This document shows, in pieces, positions 11,811-19,707 of a stretch of DNA of 64,000 bases (position 1 is its first letter; every line of letters begins with the position of its first letter). Source of the stretch: Candidatus Polarisedimenticolaceae bacterium (GTDB taxonomy: Bacteria; Acidobacteriota; Polarisedimenticolia; Polarisedimenticolales; DASRJG01). Below the pieces are notes generated by a model. It saw only the letters and a list, made by a program, of their open reading frames with translations. It was not told where the DNA came from and did not search any database. The position numbers and the translations under genes are program-made. Location of the stretch: NCBI GenBank assembly GCA_035649595.1, contig DASRJG010000187.1, positions 808-64,807 on the forward strand, given 5' to 3'.

Positions 11811-12926
11811 TTACAACCGCCTCGCGATCGCGTCGAAGGTTTTCCCGAGCCCGCTCTCGAATCGGTCGGGCGGAACGATCAGGCTCGCGACGACCCACCC
11901 GTCCGTCTCGAAGTCGAAGAAGTAGCCGGGATGGATCGCCACACCCTCGCGCTCGAGAAGCTCGAGCACCAGCGTCTCTTCGGGGACGACGTTGGGGTAG
12001 CGGAACACCGCGCTCCAGCCGGCATCGGGGGTCGCGAGCTCGATGCCGGGGCGCGTCCGGGCGAGCGCGGCGGCGACGCGGAGGTTCTCGCGGCAGCGCG
12101 CGAGGATCGCATCGCGCACGGGGGCGGCCTCCCGCAGGATCTCGGCGAGGCCGAGCTGGATCGGGGTCGCCACCGAGAGGTACGCGTCCGCGATGAACTC
12201 CAGCCCCTCGAGCGCGGCGGCGGCTCGGTCCGCGGCGCCTCCCACCACGATCCACGACAGCTTGAGCTGCGGGAGACCGCGGCTCTTGGACAGGCCCCCC
12301 AAGGCAAAGGTCAGCCCGAGGTCCCGGGCCGCGAACGACCGCGGGGCGGGTGTCGCGAGCGGAAAGTCCAGGAACACTTCGTCGACGATCAGGGGCAGGG
12401 CGTCGCCGATCGCCGCCTCGTCGACCCAGGTCCCGGTGGGGTTGTTCGGATGGACGAGGACGAGGGCCTTCGCCCCCTCGATCTGCTCATCCAGTTCCGG
12501 CTGCCACGCGTGCGCCGGGTCGAGCCGATAGACCTCCGGCCGCACTCCCTCGAGGCGCGCGAGATGCTCGAAGAGGGGATAGGACGGCGCGGGGACGAGC
12601 ACGCGGTCCCCCGGCTCGCAGAGGAGCTTGAAGAGGAACCCGTACGCCTCGCTCGAGGAGGATGCGAGCACGATCCTCTCCGGATCGACCGCCGCCCCGC
12701 GCGCCGCGTAGGTCCGCGCGATCGCCTCGCGCGCCTCGCGCAGCCCTCTGGGATCGGGCCGGTAGACGAGGCCGCGGGGGTCGCCCAGGGCGTCGAGGAG
12801 ACCGGCGGGGTAGGCGAAGCCGCACGCCGTCGGGTTCGTGACCGTCAGGTCGAGCGGTACCTCCCCGCGGCGGGCGCGCGCGCGCGTCCAGGCGTTGGCC
12901 GTCAGATCGCGGGGGATGCGGGCCAT
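11811..12926 (-). CDS. pyridoxal phosphate-dependent aminotransferase
   Basis: Tail of ORF 11811..13343(-) from ATG 12926. Class I/II aminotransferase features: HPNNPTG and the PLP-lysine region GGLSKSRGLPQLKLSW. Confidence 0.85.
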   Translation of the reverse strand: MARIPRDLTANAWTRARARRGEVPLDLTVTNPTACGFAYPAGLLDALGDPRGLVYRPDPRGLREAREAIARTYAARGAAVDPERIVLASSSSEAYGFLFKLLCEPGDRVLVPAPSYPLFEHLARLEGVRPEVYRLDPAHAWQPELDEQIEGAKALVLVHPNNPTGTWVDEAAIGDALPLIVDEVFLDFPLATPAPRSFAARDLGLTFALGGLSKSRGLPQLKLSWIVVGGAADRAAAALEGLEFIADAYLSVATPIQLGLAEILREAAPVRDAILARCRENLRVAAALARTRPGIELATPDAGWSAVFRYPNVVPEETLVLELLEREGVAIHPGYFFDFETDGWVVASLIVPPDRFESGLGKTFDAIARRL

Positions 12927-13723
12927 CGGTGCCGCTCCTCGTCGGCCACCCTGACGATCGCCTCGAGCTTCGGCAGGGGCGGATCTCCCGCGTAGAGGAC
13001 TCGCTCCAGGAAGAGGCCGGACGGCGGGGCGGTCCACGCCGCGGTCGCGGCGCCGCGCGCGGTCCCGCGCACGATCCCCTCGAACTCGGCGACCGTCATC
13101 TCCCCCGCGCCGACGCGGACCAGGGTTCCCACGAGGCGTCGGACCATCTTCCACAGGAAGTGGGACGCCGCGAGGCGGACGAGCACGAGCGATCCCTCCT
13201 CGGCGGTCTCCGCGCGATCCACGAGCACGCGCGTCGAGCCCTGGTCCTGAGGACGCTCGCAGAAGGGGGCGAAGTCGTGCATCCCGGGAAGGCACGCGGC
13301 CGCGGAGCCGATCCGCGCGGGATCGATCGCGCGCTTGATCCACCAGACGCTCCGCTTGGCGAGCGCCGTCCGCCGCCGGGAGATCTGGTAGACGTACGAG
13401 CGGAGGACCGCGTCGTGCCGGGCGTGGAAGCGCTCGGGAGCCCGCGCCATCGCGAGCAGGTGAACGTCGTGCGGCAGCGCGTCGTTGACGGCCAGCCGGA
13501 ACCGTCCGGGATCGACCTGGGCGCGAAGACGGAGGTGGGCGACCTGATGCAGGGCGTGAACGCCGGCGTCGGTTCGCCCCGCGCCCCCGAGCTCGACGAC
13601 GTCTCCGCCGGCCTCGACGATCGCCCGCCGGATCTCCCCCGCGACCGAGCGGGCATTCTGCTGCTCCTGCCAGCCGCGGTACCGGGTCCCTTCGTACTCG
13701 AGATCGAGGCGATAGTTCGGCAC
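12902..13723 (-). CDS. truA: tRNA pseudouridine(38-40) synthase
   Basis: 273-aa ORF with GTG start. YEGTRYRGWQ and the catalytic-Asp motif GAGRTDAGVHA. Confidence 0.9.
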   Translation of the reverse strand: MPNYRLDLEYEGTRYRGWQEQQNARSVAGEIRRAIVEAGGDVVELGGAGRTDAGVHALHQVAHLRLRAQVDPGRFRLAVNDALPHDVHLLAMARAPERFHARHDAVLRSYVYQISRRRTALAKRSVWWIKRAIDPARIGSAAACLPGMHDFAPFCERPQDQGSTRVLVDRAETAEEGSLVLVRLAASHFLWKMVRRLVGTLVRVGAGEMTVAEFEGIVRGTARGAATAAWTAPPSGLFLERVLYAGDPPLPKLEAIVRVADEERHRWPASPAI

Positions 13724-13724
13724 G

Positions 13725-14489
13725 CTACTTCGACTCGTTCAAGCTCCAGTCGTACTCGTGGAACTCGAGCTTGGCGCCGCGCTCGCCGATCGCCTCCGCG
13801 ATCGGGGCCGGCGCATACGTCCGGAGGAACGCGAGCGCGCCGCCGGCGCTCTCGAAGTCGTCGGCGTACCAGTCGAAGAGCCGCGAGACCGTCAACGTCG
13901 TCCGTCCGGCATGCGACACGACGTCGATCGCCCCAGGGGAGGCCAGGTCGTCGCGGACCGCCTCGTCGAGCTGCGCCGAGAGCCGGTCCGCGGTGTACGG
14001 CTCCCGGCGGATCGGAGGGCAGGAGCGCGCGGCGCAGTTCAAGGCGAAGTGGATCCGCGGGTCCTTCGTCTCCTCGCGCAGGCGCTTCTCCAGCTCGTTG
14101 AGGCTGATCGTCTTCCCTCCGACGTTGAGGACGGGCCGGGAGAAGATCTCGCCGCCGTTCATCCCCTTCGAGAGGTCGCGGATCGAGCTCCGCGGGTTGG
14201 CCATCAGCACGATCTCGAGGACCTTCGCGTTGTACAGGTTGAGGAACACGGCCTCGCGCTCCGTCGCGCCGAGCGCCGCCGGATCGAGGCCCCGATAGAG
14301 CGTCACGACCTCGGAGATCGTTTTGAGGTCGGCCCCGTCGGCGCGCCAGGCGTCGTACCGCACGCCCCGGGGGGTGACGTACTTGCCGAGCAGAGCCCCG
14401 TACGCGCGATTCGCCGCGACGAGATCCGCCGCGGCGGGACTGATGGCGAGGAGCAGGGCCGACGCGGACGCCGCGAGGAGCCGACGCAT
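13725..14489 (-). CDS. DUF547 domain-containing secreted protein
   Basis: Tail of ORF 13725..14867(-) from ATG 14489. Signal peptide MRRLLAASASALLLAISPAAA and DUF547-like FLNLYNAKVLEIV...IHFALNCAARSCPPI. ATGA overlap with the map stop. Confidence 0.8.
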   Translation of the reverse strand: MRRLLAASASALLLAISPAAADLVAANRAYGALLGKYVTPRGVRYDAWRADGADLKTISEVVTLYRGLDPAALGATEREAVFLNLYNAKVLEIVLMANPRSSIRDLSKGMNGGEIFSRPVLNVGGKTISLNELEKRLREETKDPRIHFALNCAARSCPPIRREPYTADRLSAQLDEAVRDDLASPGAIDVVSHAGRTTLTVSRLFDWYADDFESAGGALAFLRTYAPAPIAEAIGERGAKLEFHEYDWSLNESK

Positions 14490-15235
14490 CAAGCCGCCGC
14501 GGTCAGGATCACGGGAGGACCGTCCATGACCACGATCGTCTGCTCGAAGTGCGCCGCCGGCGCCCCGTCCGCGGTCAGCACGGTCCATCCGTCCCGCGCT
14601 TCGACCACGCGTCCCGACCCGCTCGTGATCATCGGCTCGACCGCGAGGACCAGCCCCCGGGCGAGGCGCTGACGCGCCGCGGGGTCGAATCGGTTCGGCA
14701 CGCGCGGCTCCTCGTGGATCGTCCGGCCGATGCCATGTCCGTCGAGGTCCCGCACGACCGAGAGCCCGCTCCGCCGCGCCTCGCGCGAGACCGCGCGGCC
14801 GATCTCGTTCAGGCGGGCGCCGCTCCGCGCGGCGCGGAGAGCGGAGGCGAGCGCCCGCCGGGCGCACGCCGCGACCGCGAGAGCGCTCTCCGGCGTGCGC
14901 CCCACGGGAACGGTCAACGCCGCGTCGGCCATGTACCCGTCCTTCTCGACGGTGACGTCGAGCTTGACGAGGTCCCCCTCGCGGAGCACGCGGTCCCCGG
15001 GGATGCCGTGGACGATCTCGTCGTTGACGCTGATGCAGGTCTCGGCCGGAAAGCGGTAGACGAGCATCGGGGCCGAGCGCGCTCCGAGCCGCCGCAGCAC
15101 GGCCGCTCCCAGCTCGTTCAGCTCCGCCGTCGTGATCGCGGGGCGCACCGCCGCGGCCATCGCATCCAGCGCCGCGCGGACCACACGTCCCGCCGCCAGC
15201 AGCCCTTGCATGTCGGCTTCCGTTTCGACGGACAC
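14489..15235 (-). CDS. map: type I methionyl aminopeptidase
   Basis: 248-aa ORF with GTG start. Pita-bread fold signatures VHGIPGDRVL, DGYMADAA, GHGIGRTIHEEP, LAVEPMI. Confidence 0.9.
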   Translation of the reverse strand: MSVETEADMQGLLAAGRVVRAALDAMAAAVRPAITTAELNELGAAVLRRLGARSAPMLVYRFPAETCISVNDEIVHGIPGDRVLREGDLVKLDVTVEKDGYMADAALTVPVGRTPESALAVAACARRALASALRAARSGARLNEIGRAVSREARRSGLSVVRDLDGHGIGRTIHEEPRVPNRFDPAARQRLARGLVLAVEPMITSGSGRVVEARDGWTVLTADGAPAAHFEQTIVVMDGPPVILTAAA

Positions 15236-15245
15236 CAGGTCCTCC

Positions 15246-15578
15246 TCACTCGTCCCCGGCTTCCAGATGGAACCGGTGCAGGAACCGATGTATCACGGGC
15301 GCCAGCATCACGCCCGCGATGACGAGCACCGCGAGGCCGCTGTACAGCGCGTAGGCCCCGGCGAACAGCTTCCCCGGGCCGGTCTGCGGCTCGAACAGCG
15401 GGCCCATCCCGGACAGGATCATGGAGGCGTTCAAGAACGCGTCGATCCACGGGAGCCCTTCGAGCCCGTGGTATCCGGCCATGCCGCCGGCGAGCGAGAG
15501 GGCCACGAGACAGAGCCCGATGGCGCCGCTCCCGAGGAGCCGGCGCGCGAACACCCGTGGGGGCGGGAGGGGTCGCAC
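15246..15578 (-). CDS. small 2-TM membrane protein with a K+-channel-like pore helix and a degenerate filter
   Basis: 110-aa ORF. TM1, then PWIDAFLNASMILSGMGP (pore-helix-like), then TM2. See finding. Confidence 0.55.
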   Translation of the reverse strand: MRPLPPPRVFARRLLGSGAIGLCLVALSLAGGMAGYHGLEGLPWIDAFLNASMILSGMGPLFEPQTGPGKLFAGAYALYSGLAVLVIAGVMLAPVIHRFLHRFHLEAGDE

Positions 15579-15593
15579 CGCGACGAGCCTACG

Positions 15594-16238
15594 TCACTTC
15601 CGCAGCATCTTGAACGCGTGATCTCCGGAGCCGGTGGCGAAGAACTGGAGGATCCACACCATCGCGATCGCCTCGAGGTAGCGCGACGACTCGATCTCGC
15701 CCAGGTCGACGATCCCCCACCCGAACGCGCGGATCAGCTCCGAGGCGACGCGCTTCGCCGCGGGATCGTTGCCGCAGATGAACATGTCGGGGGGGCCGCC
15801 CGGGAACTTCGGGTCGATCATGTGCTGGTTCCCGATCGTGTTGAACGCCTTGACCACCGACGCGCCGGGGAGCCACCGCTGAACGCGCTCGCCGCCGGAG
15901 TCGGCCCCGGCGACGGCGAGCTTCGGCGGCACGCCCCCGGAGAAGTCGAGCGGGTTGGTCGCGTCGAGCACGACCTTCCCCGACAGGTTGCGCGGATCGG
16001 CGAGCCGGACGACCTCCTCCGTCGCCGCCCAGAGCGTCGCCAGCACGACGACCTCGCCCGCGGCGGCGGCCTGGGCGAAGGTGCCGGCGGCGGCGGAGCC
16101 GCCGACCTCGCGCACCCATGCGCGAACCTTCTCCTGCCCGGGGTCGCGCGTTCCGATCGTCACGGCATGGCCGCGCTTGGCGAACCCCGCTCCCAAGACC
16201 CGTCCGACGTCTCCTGTTCCCAGGATTCCGATGCGCAT
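15594..16238 (-). CDS. NAD(P)-binding oxidoreductase (NADPH-dependent F420 reductase NpdG-like)
   Basis: Tail of ORF 15594..16289(-) from ATG 16238 (residue 18), preceded by AAGGAG. Rossmann N-terminus MRIGILGTGDVGRVLG. Confidence 0.8.
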   Translation of the reverse strand: MRIGILGTGDVGRVLGAGFAKRGHAVTIGTRDPGQEKVRAWVREVGGSAAAGTFAQAAAAGEVVVLATLWAATEEVVRLADPRNLSGKVVLDATNPLDFSGGVPPKLAVAGADSGGERVQRWLPGASVVKAFNTIGNQHMIDPKFPGGPPDMFICGNDPAAKRVASELIRAFGWGIVDLGEIESSRYLEAIAMVWILQFFATGSGDHAFKMLRK

Positions 16239-16257
16239 GGTCAGAGCTCCTTGATCA

Positions 16258-16491
16258 TCACGTCGTGCGGTCCGGTCCGCGCCACACACGGCGTCCGGGG
16301 CGGAGAGAACACGGATCGGGGAAGAAGGTCGCGACGCCCACGAGGCGTTCGCTTGCGTATGCGCCGAGATGGGAGGTGTCCGGATCGTCGTCCCGGTCGA
16401 GGATCGCGGCCTTCGCGGCGAGCCCTTCGCGAAGCACCGGATGGCGCACCGTCCGGGCCTCCACCGCGGTGATCGGCCGGACCTCGATCAT
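16258..16491 (-). pseudogene. truncated GNAT acetyltransferase remnant (N-terminal ~60 residues only)
   Basis: 77-aa ORF MIEVRPITAVEARTVRHPVLREG...HLGAYASERLVGVATFFPDP looks like a GNAT N-terminus. It stops at tandem TGA TGA, before any acetyl-CoA binding motif and just upstream of the next gene. Confidence 0.4.
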
Positions 16492-16501
16492 CGAGCGGAT
16501 C

Positions 16502-16543
16502 GGCCGGCGGGCTTCGCCATGGGGCGATTCTAGCCCGCCGGCC
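16502..16543 (-). terminator. perfect 12-bp GC-rich inverted repeat downstream of the truncated GNAT ORF and upstream of the SYLF gene (no U-tract)
   Basis: GGCCGGCGGGCT - 18 nt - AGCCCGCCGGCC read directly from the sequence. It lies between the SYLF gene start and the GNAT-remnant stop. Function as a terminator is inferred only. Confidence 0.3.
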
Positions 16544-16549
16544 CGGAAA

Positions 16550-17239
16550 CTAGGAACGCTTCGCGTACTGGTTCGTCGTGCTCACGAAGTTCTCCGCGGT
16601 CTTGGGAACCGCGGTCCCACCCCCGACGAGGATCTCGCGGGAGGAGAGCGCCTTCCCGTAGAGTCTCTCGTTGGTCTTGGTGTCCGGCTTCAGGAAGTCC
16701 CCTTCGATCGAGACGCCGATGAACGCGCCTCGCGAGCGGGACCAGGAGAGGATCTGCGCGTGGAGCTGCGCATCCGTCGCCGCCGTAGCGGTCCTACCGA
16801 CCGGCCCCGCGACCGCCGAGGCCTCACCGCCGATGGTGAACTTGTCCTCGAGCAGGTGATCGAGACCCGTCTTGTTCATGATGAGGAGGACGACGTCGGC
16901 TTCCTGCCCACCGAACTGCCATCCGAGGCTGCCGCCGCCCATCTTGAAGAACGCGGGGGCGCCCATCGAGCCGTCCGCCTGACGGCAGGTGAAGACGCCG
17001 CGGCCGAACTCGCCGCCGACCACGAAGGCGCCCTTCTTCAGCTCGGGGAACACGCCTACGCACTCGGCCTTCTCGAGCAGATCGCGCGGGATGCCCTTGT
17101 CGGGCGCGTTCACCGCGGACTTGAGGATCTCTGCGGACTGCTGCAGACGCGCGTTCGGATTGTGATCGTCGTCGTCGCCGGCCATCACCGGAGCCACCGC
17201 GAGGGCCGCCGCGGCCACGAGCGAGAGAGTCTTGATCAT
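16550..17239 (-). CDS. lipid-binding SYLF (DUF500/Ysc84-like) domain protein, secreted
   Basis: Tail of ORF 16550..17296(-) from ATG 17239, preceded by AAAGGAG. Signal peptide, and GGGSLGWQFGGQEADVVLLIM...FTIGGEASAVAGPVGR typical of SYLF. Confidence 0.85.
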   Translation of the reverse strand: MIKTLSLVAAAALAVAPVMAGDDDDHNPNARLQQSAEILKSAVNAPDKGIPRDLLEKAECVGVFPELKKGAFVVGGEFGRGVFTCRQADGSMGAPAFFKMGGGSLGWQFGGQEADVVLLIMNKTGLDHLLEDKFTIGGEASAVAGPVGRTATAATDAQLHAQILSWSRSRGAFIGVSIEGDFLKPDTKTNERLYGKALSSREILVGGGTAVPKTAENFVSTTNQYAKRS

Positions 17240-17385
17240 GGAATTCTCCTTTCCGATTCGTACGCATGAAGGCACCCACGGAAGGAGGGCAAGCACGATG
17301 CCAGCGCCGATTCGCGCGATTTGCGGCGATTCCCGCCAGGGTGAGGGCGCCGATTACATTCGGTTATAAATCTGACAACCGGGGT

Positions 17386-17616
17386 TCAAGCGAACGTATC
17401 GGCGGACGGGTCCCAGAAGTCGCCCTCGAGACCGATCGACGCGAAGATCGCCTTCATCTCGTCGGGAGCGGGTCGGCGCGCCTCCGGCGTCAGCCGGTTT
17501 CCGTACCAGGCGACAGCGAGGCGCCACAGCTGCGGAAGGGAGACGAGCGGCCGGCGCGGAACCTCCGCGTCGCGGCACCAAGCATTCACCTGCTCCTCCG
17601 ACCGGAAGAAGAGCAT
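17386..17616 (-). CDS. MerB-family (alkylmercury lyase-like) protein, C-terminal segment downstream of the in-frame TGA
   Basis: 76-aa ORF MLFFRSEEQVNAWCRD... It is in the same frame as ORF 17623..18735(-) and separated from it only by TGA-AGC-ACG. It matches the HFFAS...W region after MerB Cys159. Confidence 0.6.
   Translation of the reverse strand: MLFFRSEEQVNAWCRDAEVPRRPLVSLPQLWRLAVAWYGNRLTPEARRPAPDEMKAIFASIGLEGDFWDPSADTFA
17590..17613 (-). promoter_or_regulatory. SECIS-like stem-loop (GGUC loop) 3' of the in-frame UGA
   Basis: mRNA UGA AGC ACG AUG CUCUUCUUCC-GGUC-GGAGGAGCAG. The 10-nt arms pair with one C/C mismatch and two G-U pairs. Coordinates +/-1 nt. Confidence 0.4.
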
Positions 17617-17622
17617 CGTGCT

Positions 17623-18069
17623 TCAGGTGTAGACGATGTCGTCCCACCACCGCGCCGCCGGGACCGCGAAGTGAGCGACGCAATCGACCGTCGCGGGCCC
17701 CGACGGGCCGATCGGGATCCGAAGCGGCTCGCCGCTCTGCTCGCACCGGGAGCGGACCTCGGCGTCGGCATGCAGGGCGGCGGCGATGCCCAGGGCGTCC
17801 CACGAGCAGTTGGCCTGGTACGCGCGCGCGCCGACGTGCACGCGGTGCTGCGTTCGAACGCCGGAGAACGGCGGGGCCATCAGGATCGTCTCGCCGTCGC
17901 TCGCGACGACGAGGACGCGGCGCGCGGCCAGCCGTCCGTAGGCCCCGCGCACGTCCTCGGCCGACACGCCGAGGCGTGCCGCCAGGGTGGAGACGTTCGG
18001 GGGCCGCGTCGTCTCGACGACGGTGGCGTACACCGCTTCGCGGACGCGCCCGTCGAGCGCGGCGCTCAG
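17623..18069 (-). CDS. MerB-family (alkylmercury lyase-like) protein, N-terminal segment ending at the in-frame TGA (17623-17625)
   Basis: Tail of ORF 17623..18735(-): ...VYATVVETTRPPNVSTLAARLGVS (wHTH-like)...MAPPFSGVRTQHRVHVGARAYQANCSWDALGIAAAL (MerB Cys96/Asp99 region)...WWDDIVYT*. The start is uncertain: no ATG/GTG/TTG before the conserved N-terminus. Candidates are a CTG at 18069 overlapping the DoxX stop (CTGA) and the GTG at 18033. Confidence 0.6.
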   Translation of the reverse strand: MSAALDGRVREAVYATVVETTRPPNVSTLAARLGVSAEDVRGAYGRLAARRVLVVASDGETILMAPPFSGVRTQHRVHVGARAYQANCSWDALGIAAALHADAEVRSRCEQSGEPLRIPIGPSGPATVDCVAHFAVPAARWWDDIVYT

Positions 18070-18362
18070 GGGGCCGTCTCGGCGCGCTGGGTCATGACGA
18101 CGTAGACCGCGGCGGCGTAGACGAGGAGCGGGAGCGTGACCTGGCCGCGGAAGGCGTGCGCCACGAAGGCGATCGCGAAGACCGCGATCAGACCGATCGC
18201 GCCCAGCGCCAGCGTCCGGGGGACGAGGAACAGGACCGCCGCGGCGATCTCGACGCTCCCGAGCACCAATGCCGGGAGGCGCCCGCCGCCGGACGCGCGC
18301 GGATGCCAGGCGGCGAGGACCGTCTGGACGCTCTGGATGAGCACGACCCAACCGGTCGTCAC
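18066..18362 (-). CDS. DoxX-like family membrane protein
   Basis: 98-aa ORF with GTG start, three hydrophobic helices, and LPALVLGSVEIAAAVLFLVPRT...AFVAHAF reminiscent of DoxX-like proteins. The N-terminus may lie further upstream. Confidence 0.6.
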   Translation of the reverse strand: MTTGWVVLIQSVQTVLAAWHPRASGGGRLPALVLGSVEIAAAVLFLVPRTLALGAIGLIAVFAIAFVAHAFRGQVTLPLLVYAAAVYVVMTQRAETAP

Positions 18363-18425
18363 GTGCAGGATCGTCAGGGCCGATGGTCGTCGCGTGGCGC
18401 GTCCCCCCGCGTCGCGGAGGATACG

Positions 18426-19700
18426 CTAGAGCTGCGATCTCAGAATTCCCGCCGCCCGCTCGAGGAGCTTCTCCCTCCAGGGGCGGCGTTCCCACTGCTC
18501 GAGCGTGACGCGCTTCGACGCGAGCTTGTCCGCCTCGAACGCGCGGACCAGCGTCGCCGCGAACTCCGCGTCGTAGACGTTGAGGTTCGCCTCGTCGTTC
18601 AGGCGGAACGAGCGGTCGTCGAAATTGGTCGATCCCACCGAGACCCAGAGGTCGTCCACGATCATGACCTTGCAGTGGTACATCGTCGGCTGGTACTCGT
18701 AGATCACCACCCCCGCCCGCAGGAGCTTCCCCCATCCGGCCCGCGAGGCCTTGCGGCTGATCTCCGCGTCGATCTTCGTCCCGGGAACGATGATCTCGAC
18801 GTCCACCCCGCGCCGGCGCGCCGCCACGATCGTCTCGACGGCGAGGTCGTCGGGGAGGAAGTACGACGCGGCGATCCGCAGATTCCGGCGCGCCGAGTCG
18901 ATCGAGAGCAGGTACATGAGGCGAACGCTCTCGCTCCCTTCGCCGGGGGAGCTCTTGAAGACTTGCGCCTTCGCCGTTCCGGCGGGCAGCTCGTCGGGGA
19001 AGTAGCCCTCGTCGTGGAGGACCTCGCCCTCGGTCTCCATCCAGTTGTCCATGAAGGCGGCCTGCATCTGCGCCACCGCGGGGCCTTCGATGCGGAAATG
19101 CGAGTCGCGCCAGTGGTCGGCGTCCTGCGCGTGGCCGAGCCAGTTGTCCGCGATCCCGACGCCCCCGGTGAATCCCACCCGGCCGTCCACGACGAGCAGC
19201 TTGCGATGGGTGCGGTTGTTCATCCGGGAGAGGTTGTACCAGCGGAGCGGGTGGTACTTCCGCACGTGCACCCCCGCGCTCTCCATCTCCGCGAGGAGCG
19301 ACCGGTCCAGTCGCCCGCTCCCGACCCAGTCCACGAGCAGATGGACCCGCACGCCCGCCCGCGCACGCTCCGACAGCGCGTCGGCGAACTCCTTCCCGGC
19401 CCTGCCCGACCAGTAGATGTAGGTCTCGAAGGAGACCGTCGCCCGGGCGGCGCGGATCGCCTCGAGCATGGCGGGGAAGATCTCGTCGCCGTTCTGGAGC
19501 GGCGTCACGCGGTTCCCATCCCGGATCGCGGGGCCGAGGAGGCTCCCCATCGAGCGCAGGAACTGCGCGTCCGAGACGTCGTATAGCGGGCGGACCCGCT
19601 TCTCGATCGTCTTCGACCCGGTGGTCAGGTTGAGGACGACGATGGTGACCGCGGCCGCGGCGAGGACCGAGCCGACGGCGACCTGAACGATCCGGGACAT
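18426..19700 (-). CDS. cls: cardiolipin synthase (PLD superfamily)
   Basis: 424-aa ORF with an N-terminal TM helix and two HKD motifs (HRKLLVVDGRVGFTGGVGI and HCKVMIVDDLWVSVGSTNFD). Confidence 0.9.
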   Translation of the reverse strand: MSRIVQVAVGSVLAAAAVTIVVLNLTTGSKTIEKRVRPLYDVSDAQFLRSMGSLLGPAIRDGNRVTPLQNGDEIFPAMLEAIRAARATVSFETYIYWSGRAGKEFADALSERARAGVRVHLLVDWVGSGRLDRSLLAEMESAGVHVRKYHPLRWYNLSRMNNRTHRKLLVVDGRVGFTGGVGIADNWLGHAQDADHWRDSHFRIEGPAVAQMQAAFMDNWMETEGEVLHDEGYFPDELPAGTAKAQVFKSSPGEGSESVRLMYLLSIDSARRNLRIAASYFLPDDLAVETIVAARRRGVDVEIIVPGTKIDAEISRKASRAGWGKLLRAGVVIYEYQPTMYHCKVMIVDDLWVSVGSTNFDDRSFRLNDEANLNVYDAEFAATLVRAFEADKLASKRVTLEQWERRPWREKLLERAAGILRSQL

Positions 19701-19707
19701 CGGATCC

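Noticed and set aside
17300-17390. Possible tRNA, because of a GGTTCAAGC T-loop-like string near 17375
   Set aside because: The flanking bases cannot form a T-stem, acceptor stem or anticodon arm. More likely just the AT-richer spacer/promoter region between the MerB-like gene and the SYLF gene.
17623-17625. Reading the TGA simply as a nonsense mutation (MerB-like pseudogene)
   Set aside because: Not fully rejected and kept as the alternative hypothesis. It is disfavoured because the stop lies exactly on the catalytic Cys codon, the downstream 76 codons stay open and family-like in the same frame, and a GGUC-loop hairpin follows at SECIS distance.
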